From a virus (lineage: Duplodnaviria > Caudoviricetes), in the IMG/VR virus record IMGVR_UViG_3300033067_000424, positions 1-27,686 of that record: DNA of 27,686 nucleotides; one strand, 5' to 3'. The notes beneath the pieces are model-generated. The model was not told the DNA's origin. It saw nothing but the letters and a program-made list of their open reading frames with translations, and searched no databases. Position numbers and translations under genes: made by a program. Shown here one piece after another: positions 1 to 7,174 of this stretch (position 1 is its first letter; each line of letters begins with the position of its first letter).

Positions 1-522
1 AATCCACAGGCATGCCCGAATGGTTGCGGCCCAATGTGGCGCGTTACTGAACGCGACCAGCGACAGGAGGCGCAAAGGCTCTTTGAACGCGAGTTTGATG
101 CTCGGAAAGAAGCCGAGCGCAAGCTAGGCGATTTACTCGCCAGAATCCACCGTGATGGAGGGCACTACACGGGCCAGCATGGTATGGAGAAATCTGTGGA
201 AGATGCGCACACGATAGTTGCCAATCTGTTTGCTGACGAGCGCACGCTGGAGGAGGCCGAGCGCAAGCTACGCGCCGCGAAAGCCGAGCTTGAGGCGTGC
301 AGGGCCGATGATTCAGGTGCAGCCATTTGCAGAGCGGCGGAATGCCTCCCTAATGGCTATGAAGTTTGCATCATCGTAGAGCGCGGAGCGGCAACAGTAA
401 CTTGGCACTATCCAGATGGAAGGTCCACAAATGTAGATGTGGACGCCGATGACAGGCTTACAGCAGAAATCAATGCTGCAACTGACGCCGCCATAGACGC
501 GGCACGGAGGGAGGAATCATGA
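1..522 (+). CDS. Phage hypothetical modular protein (5' end outside the window)
   Basis: Frame is open from base 1 (NPQACPNGCGPMWRVT...), so the true start is probably upstream. Ends in an ATGA overlap with the next gene, preceded by GGAGGA. Confidence 0.75.
   Translation, partial: NPQACPNGCGPMWRVTERDQRQEAQRLFEREFDARKEAERKLGDLLARIHRDGGHYTGQHGMEKSVEDAHTIVANLFADERTLEEAERKLRAAKAELEACRADDSGAAICRAAECLPNGYEVCIIVERGAATVTWHYPDGRSTNVDVDADDRLTAEINAATDAAIDAARREES
112..270 (+). repeat. 15-bp direct repeat GCCGAGCGCAAGCTA (112-126 and 256-270)
   Basis: Exact copies read directly from the sequence; both encode AERKL. Confidence 0.85.
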
Positions 523-740
523 CCCGCCAATGCCCCTCCTGCGGAGGAATCTGCGGATACACGAAGCGCAAAGGGTGCCAGTACATAGCGCCTCAATTGC
601 GCATGACCGTTGACGAGGCGCTAGGCTGGGCAGACGAGTGGGCGCGTGGACGGACGTTCTATACGGATTCTCAAGGATGGGCTGTGGTATGCGTGATTTT
701 GGCCAATGAAGTGCGGAGACTGAGGAAGGATCAAAAATGA
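519..740 (+). CDS. Small hypothetical protein with N-terminal Cys cluster (CPSCGGIC...GC), possible Zn finger
   Basis: Strong SD GGAGGA; ATGA overlaps at both ends. Confidence 0.75.
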   Translation: MTRQCPSCGGICGYTKRKGCQYIAPQLRMTVDEALGWADEWARGRTFYTDSQGWAVVCVILANEVRRLRKDQK

Positions 741-919
741 CCCGCTCCGAGCTTCGGCGCGTGTTCACGATTGCGGCTGACTATTTCAAACTATCGCCAG
801 AGGCCCGCAAGATGGCATGGGATGTGGCTATCGCAAAGCCTGAGTATGCGTACCAGTGCTATGCGGCTATTGCGCGAAGCCTTGCGCCTAGATCAAATAC
901 AGGTGCACTGCGCGAGTGA
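737..919 (+). CDS. Small hypothetical protein
   Basis: SD AAGGA; ATGA overlap with the upstream gene; last gene of the + operon. Confidence 0.7.
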   Translation: MTRSELRRVFTIAADYFKLSPEARKMAWDVAIAKPEYAYQCYAAIARSLAPRSNTGALRE

Positions 920-974
920 TTTAGTGCAAGTAGAGCAGTTATAGGGAAGTTACTGCGGTTTATCTGGAATCCGC

Positions 975-2987
975 CTAACTTTCCTCAAACTCGGCCCGCA
1001 GAGCTTGCATTTGAGCGCGTCTTTCCTCGCGGGCGCGTTTTTCTTCCTCGGCTTCCTCGGCAAAGCGGGAGATAACCAGAGGATTGCGCAGGTAATGAGT
1101 GTACATCCCATCCGAATTCTTCTTGCTACCCTTCGGCGTCAGCCATTCGGATAGGATCAAGGTATTGATCGCCTCCTTCCGTTCCCACGGCTTCATCTTA
1201 CCCCAACGAGGATGATTCTTGTAGAAGTCCCGCAGCGCCCATTCTTGGCGGTCCGAGAAATACAGGATGTCGCGTGCTATCTCTTGGGCGAAGCTACGTT
1301 CCACCCTTTCGCTCATAAGCTCGTTCCAGAACTCTTGGACGTGGCTCAGTTGCCACTGCATGAAGAAATCGACGACCTGTTGCGCCGTCTTGGCCGATAT
1401 GCGCTCATTCGGACCCGGCTGCTGGCCTTGCGCCGCTAGGTCTATCAGGTGGTACAGAAGCATTAGGCGGGAGCAATAGCCCTCCCATTTGCCCATGTGC
1501 GAGGCCAATGATGGGTTTTCCTCGTACTTGATGAGCATGGCGATGTGCCTGACAAACTTCTCACGTATTTCGGCTGCTTCCGGAGACATCCGGACGATGC
1601 AATCCCCGTGATGCTCAACCAAGGTATGCAGCACCTTGCGCAAGGCGTGTTCAGGGGCATAGTTAGGCTCAGAATCGCGCCCCGGATTCTTCTTCCTTGC
1701 CATGCAAATCAGCATCCGTTGCAGCAAGCCGTCGTCTTGCAGGTCCCCAAGATACTTTATGACCGCTGTTGGCTGAATGCCGCCATTTATAGCCGCAGAC
1801 CAGTTTTTGACAATTATTTGACGGTTGTTTGCAAGACTAATTTTAGACGCACCCCCATCAAATAATTGCAAAAACAATTGCCTATCGCCACTACCTCCTT
1901 TTTTTCCGGGGGAATACCTATCAAATTCTGCAATAGCCCCAGAGACTTCTTCCCTATACCAAATTAACCCTCTAGTGTTGTAATGTAGTTTTTCTCGTAA
2001 TCCTTCCGTCGTTCCTTTTTCAAACCACAATTCAAATAAAGTTGGTTCTTCAGGTTCTTCAGGGCGAGGTTGTTTGTTTCGTAAGGCTTCGGCCTCCACA
2101 ATTGCATATTGCTTCATTGCATAAGCGTAATTTTTCAATTTCCTGACATTTTCGTACCCAAGTTCAGCATCCATGTCCTTGACAATATGCATAGGGGCTT
2201 CAATTGCCGGGGTTTTGCCGGTGGATGGCCCCCCCACCGAAACACACCAGATACAAGGGCGCACTAGCCACCTTGGATCAAGGTAATGAACCTGAAGCTT
2301 AATATGGTCGCTTGCAAGCCCGCTACAGGCCGCTAGGGCGCTCAGAACGCTGATGCCCATGTCCGTACCCAACCGGCGCGATTCTTCGCTTGCGTAGGCT
2401 TCTATGACCTCCGGAACCATGCCTTTAGCGAACTTCCGGCCCCGGTAGAGCGAGGATGTCAGGTCGAGGGGTTCGGCCCATGTCAGGTGCGGGACGATAT
2501 AGGCTTCCCGATCGCCGTCCGGGTCGTCTATGAAGGCGGGGAAGTCGGGGGGAGGTTCTAGGTCGGGTTCCCCGGCGTCTGGATAGTCGTCAGCGGGAGC
2601 GAGGCCGCTTGGGTCGCCGGGAGGGGGAGGAGCCTCGGGGTCGGCAACCGGACTATGGGTCGGTTCACCACAAACCGCCAGCGCCGGGGAATCTGGTTCA
2701 ACAGGCCGGACGTGCTGCCTAGCCCACTGAATTAAATCATCGTACTGCGTGAAATCTGAGGGCTGCTTATCTCCGGGCAGAAGCTTAACACTTTGTCCAG
2801 ACTCGCGGGGAAGTTTTGCAATGGTCTGCGCCAACTCGCTCAGATCATGCCCATTCGGCCAGATCAGCACCGAGCGCCCTGCAAAGTCCGCATCCTCTCC
2901 CAAGGCATATATCTGATACCTGTCCGCAAGCAATGGCGTTGCTGCGGTCTTTTCTTCTTCATTGGCGACGATCAGTGCTGCCTGCAC
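975..2987 (-). CDS. DUF3987/YfjI-family replicative helicase with a degenerate N-terminal TOPRIM-like region
   Basis: Walker A SVGGPSTGKT, Walker B-like LIWYREEVSG and the DDGLLQRML motif. Start reassigned to GTG at 2987, behind the SD AGGGAGG. Confidence 0.85.
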   Translation of the reverse strand: MQAALIVANEEEKTAATPLLADRYQIYALGEDADFAGRSVLIWPNGHDLSELAQTIAKLPRESGQSVKLLPGDKQPSDFTQYDDLIQWARQHVRPVEPDSPALAVCGEPTHSPVADPEAPPPPGDPSGLAPADDYPDAGEPDLEPPPDFPAFIDDPDGDREAYIVPHLTWAEPLDLTSSLYRGRKFAKGMVPEVIEAYASEESRRLGTDMGISVLSALAACSGLASDHIKLQVHYLDPRWLVRPCIWCVSVGGPSTGKTPAIEAPMHIVKDMDAELGYENVRKLKNYAYAMKQYAIVEAEALRNKQPRPEEPEEPTLFELWFEKGTTEGLREKLHYNTRGLIWYREEVSGAIAEFDRYSPGKKGGSGDRQLFLQLFDGGASKISLANNRQIIVKNWSAAINGGIQPTAVIKYLGDLQDDGLLQRMLICMARKKNPGRDSEPNYAPEHALRKVLHTLVEHHGDCIVRMSPEAAEIREKFVRHIAMLIKYEENPSLASHMGKWEGYCSRLMLLYHLIDLAAQGQQPGPNERISAKTAQQVVDFFMQWQLSHVQEFWNELMSERVERSFAQEIARDILYFSDRQEWALRDFYKNHPRWGKMKPWERKEAINTLILSEWLTPKGSKKNSDGMYTHYLRNPLVISRFAEEAEEEKRAREERRAQMQALRAEFEES

Positions 2988-3009
2988 GGCATTCCTCCCT
3001 GAGTACGGC

Positions 3010-3201
3010 TTAGGCGTTTGGCGAGATATTGACCTTATTGGGGTCAATGCGCTTGAACACTTCAAGCATGTCCCGAGGCACCTTGTAGGGCTTGAACGGG
3101 GGCGCTTCGCGTGGCGTGGTGACTAGCTCATCGGTGTTCTTCTTCCGGGCGCGGATGATATTGCGCGTTGGCGTTACATCGTGGTGAGGGGTGCGCTTCA
3201 T
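3010..3201 (-). CDS. Small basic hypothetical protein
   Basis: SD GGAGG; ATGA overlap with the VRR-NUC stop. Confidence 0.7.
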   Translation of the reverse strand: MKRTPHHDVTPTRNIIRARKKNTDELVTTPREAPPFKPYKVPRDMLEVFKRIDPNKVNISPNA

Positions 3202-3677
3202 AGTGCCTCCAGTTTTTTGAGTACATCATTGGTAGAGCGGGCCACGAACGCAATCGCATTTGCATTCGTCATTGAATCTAGGAATTCTTTTTGATGCGGC
3301 TTAAGAACGCCCTTAGCACTTTTAACTTCAATAAAAATGCTTGTGCCGTTCTTTAGGATACCTTGGATGTCCGACATGCCATGCGCTGTGTTGGCGCGTA
3401 TGTAGCGTGTTTTGCCGCCGTATGTCTGCTTAAAGCTGCCGGAATTGACTCGCCATACTTTAGCAACCTTTGGGTGCCTGTGCAACAGTTGGAGTATCGC
3501 TTTCAGTATTTGCGCCTCTGAAGGCTCCGAGGAAGTTCGAGGCTGTCTAGTGCGTATCGGCTTCAGTTCCTCAATCACAGGCTTGGCGATGCCCTTCTCC
3601 TTGCGTATGTCGCCGAACATGGCTTCACAGAACTTATTCCCGTTGATGATCTTCTGCTTCTCGTCGCGGTCGGTCAT
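3198..3677 (-). CDS. VRR-NUC domain nuclease (PD-(D/E)xK fold, Holliday junction resolvase-like)
   Basis: Motifs SEAQILKAI, GMSDIQGIL, IFIEVKSAKG and HQKEFL. ATG at 3677 forms a TAATG overlap with the upstream stop. Confidence 0.92.
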   Translation of the reverse strand: MTDRDEKQKIINGNKFCEAMFGDIRKEKGIAKPVIEELKPIRTRQPRTSSEPSEAQILKAILQLLHRHPKVAKVWRVNSGSFKQTYGGKTRYIRANTAHGMSDIQGILKNGTSIFIEVKSAKGVLKPHQKEFLDSMTNANAIAFVARSTNDVLKKLEAL

Positions 3678-3853
3678 TACGAATCCCCATAAAGCATCAA
3701 ACTCCATCCGTGCAACTTGAACTTAGGCGGCTCCGGCTCAGGCGGCCTTTGCTTGCCCTTTCCCATTCCCGCCTCCGCTGCGTAAGTCACCTTGAGCGCG
3801 CCGAATGTCTCCCGAAACGCGTCCACTATCTCGCTGCACTGAGGCATCGCCAT
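3677..3853 (-). CDS. Small hypothetical protein (MAMPQCSEIVDAFRETFGALKVTYAAE...)
   Basis: Its stop is coupled by TAATG to the VRR-NUC start and the sequence looks protein-like. The start is uncertain and overlaps the 3' part of the upstream ORF. Confidence 0.55.
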   Translation of the reverse strand: MAMPQCSEIVDAFRETFGALKVTYAAEAGMGKGKQRPPEPEPPKFKLHGWSLMLYGDS

Positions 3854-4043
3854 CCGATTTGTCGATGCGTGCGTAGAGCGTGTAATACCCTCGTTTTCCG
3901 ACTGCGCAGATTCTTCCTGCGGGCTTGAGGATTCTGTGTACATGGTCCTGCACTCTCCTGAATGGCAGATTGGTTCTAAACCATATTTCCATGATGGTCA
4001 TGGGCTTGACTAGGACTTGAAGGACTTCATGACCGGCTCTCAT
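3738..4043 (-). CDS. Putative winged-helix DNA-binding protein
   Basis: Pattern PMTIMEIWFRTNLPFRRVQDHVHRILKPAGRI...GYYTLY; ATGA overlap with the Cro-like gene. Confidence 0.65.
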   Translation of the reverse strand: MRAGHEVLQVLVKPMTIMEIWFRTNLPFRRVQDHVHRILKPAGRICAVGKRGYYTLYARIDKSDGDASVQRDSGRVSGDIRRAQGDLRSGGGNGKGQAKAA

Positions 4044-4210
4044 CTGCCCCCCCGATAAGCCGCCATCCTCTCAGCCACGTAAGCCCGCATCTTGATCGGC
4101 ACCGAGCCATAATCAAGCCAGTTGTACAGCGTGCGCCTAGCAATCCGCAGTTCTTTTGCCGCCAATGACTTGTTGCCGCCGTAGTGCCTGATTACCGTCT
4201 TAGGACTCAT
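4040..4210 (-). CDS. Cro-like helix-turn-helix protein, 56 aa (not in the ORF track)
   Basis: Hand translation MSPKTVIRHYGGNKSLAAKELRIARRTLYNWLDYGSVP...; AAKEL-I-R-TLYNW is a typical HTH; SD GGAGG. Confidence 0.85.
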   Translation of the reverse strand: MSPKTVIRHYGGNKSLAAKELRIARRTLYNWLDYGSVPIKMRAYVAERMAAYRGGR

Positions 4211-4286
4211 TTCGCCTCCGCAGTTCCGCTCGCATCGCCATTAGCTGCCGGTGCAGCATGTTGGTTGGTCGGTCAGATATGTTCAT
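4200..4286 (-). CDS. 28-aa peptide MNISDRPTNMLHRQLMAMRAELRRRNES (not in the ORF track)
   Basis: SD GGAGG, ATGA overlap with the upstream stop, and an 11-nt overlap with the Cro-like start. Confidence 0.55.
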   Translation of the reverse strand: MNISDRPTNMLHRQLMAMRAELRRRNES

Positions 4287-4296
4287 TTCGCCTCCG
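4207..4296. repeat. 14-bp direct repeat TCATTTCGCCTCCG (4207-4220 and 4283-4296)
   Basis: Exact copies; on the minus strand each reads CGGAGGCGAAATGA, i.e. SD plus start codon. Confidence 0.85.
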
Positions 4297-4453
4297 GGAC
4301 GTACTTTACTAAGCGGACTTGGTAGCCCCGCTTTTTCATACCACGCGCAATTATTCTTGCCGTCTTTCTAAACAGATAGCATGGGCGCGCTGGAATCTGA
4401 TCATCGCCATCATCGATTTCAATCACCCACAACCTTCGCATATCCTTTTTCAT
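4283..4453 (-). CDS. 56-aa hypothetical protein MKKDMRRLWVIEIDD...VRLVKYVPEAK (not in the ORF track)
   Basis: First ORF after the leftward promoter; SD GAGGA; ATGA coupling downstream. Confidence 0.65.
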   Translation of the reverse strand: MKKDMRRLWVIEIDDGDDQIPARPCYLFRKTARIIARGMKKRGYQVRLVKYVPEAK

Positions 4454-4481
4454 CCCCATTCCTCGTCAATAAAGTGCCCGA

Positions 4482-4510
4482 AGCATAGCGCAAAAATAAT
4501 ACTTGTGCAC
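4482..4510 (-). promoter_or_regulatory. Putative leftward sigma70 promoter GTGCAC-N17-TATGCT
   Basis: Lies in the AT-rich divergent gap, with a 17-nt spacer, upstream of the replication operon. Confidence 0.5.
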
Positions 4511-4531
4511 TCTTTTTACATCGGATATTAT
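4503..4531 (+). promoter_or_regulatory. Putative rightward sigma70 promoter TTGTGC-N17-TATTAT
   Basis: Near-consensus -10 and a 17-nt spacer, upstream of the recombination operon. Confidence 0.6.
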
Positions 4532-4559
4532 CGCAGCGTCAATCACCACGGAGGACGAT

Positions 4560-4865
4560 ATGGAAGCCTTGCAATACCTACCCACCCCGCGGCGTGTCTG
4601 GTCTGCGCTCAAGGTCAACCGCGCCGAGTGGCTACCGAAGATATGGGCCGAGTGGCCCGAGTCAGTGCGCAACGAATGGATGCGCCTAGCCAAAGTTAGC
4701 ACCGATTACCCCGTGCCGCCCGCATGGGGCCAGATACCGTTGCAGGACAAGATAGCCATCATGCGCGTGATCCGGCGCGTCCGCGAAATGTACGTCAACT
4801 CCGAGCTTGGCACCGTATGGCACAAGCTGGCTTGGTTCACTGAGGGAGATAGCAATGAGCAATGA
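4560..4865 (+). CDS. Hypothetical protein (Trp-rich)
   Basis: ATG at 4560 behind the SD GGAGGA; stop overlaps the ERF start region. Confidence 0.75.
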   Translation: MEALQYLPTPRRVWSALKVNRAEWLPKIWAEWPESVRNEWMRLAKVSTDYPVPPAWGQIPLQDKIAIMRVIRRVREMYVNSELGTVWHKLAWFTEGDSNEQ

Positions 4866-5598
4866 ACTGATTGAGCGAGAAACTACGGCAGTAGTAACGC
4901 CTAGCCCGATGGACATGATCGCGCAAGCCGTAGCGAGAGGCACCAGCGTTGAGGAATTGGGCAAGCTGATGGACTTGCAGGAACGCTGGTCTAAGGAGGA
5001 AGCACGAAAGGCTTTTATAGCTGCAATGAATCAATTTAAGGCTAATCCGCCGCAGATTTCCAAGAACAAATCCGTCTACCACAACGGCAACTTCAAGTAC
5101 AAGCATGCGACTTTGGACAACTGCGCAGAGGCAATCGGGGATGCTTTGTCAAAGGTCGGCATTTCCTACCGTTGGGAGACAGCGCAAAAGGAAGGTGGCG
5201 TTATCTCTGTAGCCTGCATTCTCACGCACACAATGGGGCACTCCGAGCGCACGCCTTTGGAAGCCGCCCCCGATGCGTCCGGAGGGAAAAACAGCATCCA
5301 AGCAGTAGGCAGCACTGTTACCTACTTGCAGCGTTATACCTTGCTCGCGGCTACCGGCATGGCAGTTGAGAACACGGATGACGATGGGCAAGGTGGGAAG
5401 CGAATGTCTCCGGATGTCAAGGAGCAATGGATGCTGCGCATAGCCGAGTGCGCTACCGACAAGGATGCCTTTGCACTTTGGGGGCAGATCACTAAGGTAA
5501 CTACTTCAGTGGGCGATGTTGAGGCCCACGACGAACTGCGCACGGTGCTGAATGCCAAGCGCAAACAACTGAAAAAGACACAGGGAGAGCCAATATGA
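4855..5598 (+). CDS. erf: ERF-family single-strand annealing protein
   Basis: Motifs YKHATLD and QAVGSTVTYLQRYTLLAATG...DDDG; ATG at 4855 with SD GAGGGAG. Confidence 0.92.
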   Translation: MSNELIERETTAVVTPSPMDMIAQAVARGTSVEELGKLMDLQERWSKEEARKAFIAAMNQFKANPPQISKNKSVYHNGNFKYKHATLDNCAEAIGDALSKVGISYRWETAQKEGGVISVACILTHTMGHSERTPLEAAPDASGGKNSIQAVGSTVTYLQRYTLLAATGMAVENTDDDGQGGKRMSPDVKEQWMLRIAECATDKDAFALWGQITKVTTSVGDVEAHDELRTVLNAKRKQLKKTQGEPI

Positions 5599-6479
5599 GC
5601 ACTGCAATTGAAAAGTATAACCCCATTGAAGCCGCCCTTTCAGACTTGGAAGCAAGATATAAGGGCATTGTGTTTGATGTGAAACTTATTGCCGGAATGC
5701 GCGATGCACAGGCCGCTTACAAGGAAATAAACACTTATAGCATTACGCTTGAAAAGGTGCGCGTTGCTGAGAAGGCCGAAAGCCTTGCGTATGGGCGTCT
5801 TGTAGATTCCGAGGCAAAGCGTATCGCTGAAAAACTAGACTCTTTGCGCCTTCCAATTAAGGAAATGATTGAAACGGAAACTAAGCGTGAACAGCGTGAA
5901 CGTGAGGCTGCAATCAAGGCAGAACAGGACCGCATAGCCGCAGAAGTCGCAGCAGCGAAAGCTGCCGAGGAAAAGCGAATGGCAGACGAACGGGCAGAAA
6001 TTGCACGACAACAAGCGGAGATTGCCGCAAAACAACGTGCATTGGCTGAACAAGAGTTAGCCGAAAGGCGCAGGATAGAGGATGAACAACGCGCTGCCAG
6101 AGAAAAGATTGAGGCAGAAGAACGGATGGCAAGACAAGCTAGGGAAGAAGCTGACCGTTCGGCAAGAATTTCCCGAGAGGCGGAAGAAGCGAAAGCTAAG
6201 GCAATTCGTGATGCAGAAGAGGCAAGACTCAAGGCGGAACGTGACAGGATTGATGCGGAACAAAGAGCTATTGCTGAGGAAAAGCGCAAAGCACAAGCAG
6301 AGGCAGATGCTATAGCTAGAGCTAAACGCGATGCCGAAGAAGCGGAACAACGAGAAATACAAAGGTTAGCTAATGAATTAAACGATGGACGAAAGATGCT
6401 GGAAACCTTTGTTCAGAGATTCGGCGCTAGGTCTGAATTTTCTACCATTGCAGCAACTATTTTGGAGTTTCTTAAATGA
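5595..6479 (+). CDS. Long coiled-coil (Ala/Glu/Arg-rich) phage protein of the recombination module
   Basis: About 95-aa N-terminal domain followed by a charged helical region; ATGA overlaps on both sides. Confidence 0.8.
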   Translation: MSTAIEKYNPIEAALSDLEARYKGIVFDVKLIAGMRDAQAAYKEINTYSITLEKVRVAEKAESLAYGRLVDSEAKRIAEKLDSLRLPIKEMIETETKREQREREAAIKAEQDRIAAEVAAAKAAEEKRMADERAEIARQQAEIAAKQRALAEQELAERRRIEDEQRAAREKIEAEERMARQAREEADRSARISREAEEAKAKAIRDAEEARLKAERDRIDAEQRAIAEEKRKAQAEADAIARAKRDAEEAEQREIQRLANELNDGRKMLETFVQRFGARSEFSTIAATILEFLK

Positions 6480-7174
6480 GCGACGACAGGGAGATTCTTG
6501 ATTCATTGGGTGCGGATATGTCTGTGCCCTTCGGGGCGGGCAAGGAACCCGGCGAGCAGGGCAGCGTGGAATGGCTCATGTCTCGGGTGGGGTTCTGTAC
6601 GGCATCTCGCTTCAAAGATGTCATGGACTTTACCAAAGCAGGCAAGCCGGGGGCCAAGCGCACCGCCTATATGTGGGAGCTTGTCACGGAACGGCTTACC
6701 GGCAAGCCATGCCAGCATTTCGAGTCTACGGCTATGATGCACGGCACCGAAAACGAACCGCTTGCACGGATGGAATACGAGGCCCGCACCGGCAACATGG
6801 TTGATGAAGTCGGGTTCATCCATCACCCTGAAATTGCCTTTTGTGGTGGCTCACCGGATGGGCTGGTGGATAACGATGGCGGCACGGAGTTTAAGTGCCC
6901 CTTTAACTCTACCAATCACCTGAACTGCTTCCTAACCGGCATGCCCGAGGATCACATGCCCCAAGTCCAAGGGCTAATGATGATAACGGGCCGTCAATGG
7001 TGGGACTTTGGAAGCTATGATCCCCGCATCAAGGGGCCGCTTGGCATGTACATTCAGCGTATCCCAAGGGACGAGGAATACATCGCCAAGCTGCAATCCG
7101 CCATCCTCGCCTTCCTAGCCGAAGTTGACGCCATATACACCAAGTTGGCAACCTTGCAGCAGGAGCCTATCTAA
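6476..7174 (+). CDS. YqaJ/lambda-type exonuclease
   Basis: Motifs EQGSVEWLMSRVG..TASRF, HGTENEPLAR..YE, GGSPDGLV, EFKCP and QVQG. Confidence 0.95.
   Translation: MSDDREILDSLGADMSVPFGAGKEPGEQGSVEWLMSRVGFCTASRFKDVMDFTKAGKPGAKRTAYMWELVTERLTGKPCQHFESTAMMHGTENEPLARMEYEARTGNMVDEVGFIHHPEIAFCGGSPDGLVDNDGGTEFKCPFNSTNHLNCFLTGMPEDHMPQVQGLMMITGRQWWDFGSYDPRIKGPLGMYIQRIPRDEEYIAKLQSAILAFLAEVDAIYTKLATLQQEPI

Noticed and set aside
900-975. Terminator between the convergent operons (TGCACT...AGTGCA and GCAGT...ACTGC)
   Set aside because: Stems are only 5-6 bp with large loops and lack a convincing U tract.
2988-3065. N-terminal extension of the helicase given in the ORF track
   Set aside because: It overlaps the upstream gene, and a GTG at 2987 has a strong SD.
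4319-4702. Track ORFs 4319-4699 (+) and 4466-4702 (-)
   Set aside because: They cross the divergent promoter region and conflict with better-supported genes that have SD sites and coupling.
5735-6362. Several - strand ORFs opposite the coiled-coil gene
   Set aside because: Ser/Ala/Phe low-complexity antisense products of a repetitive Glu/Ala/Arg gene.
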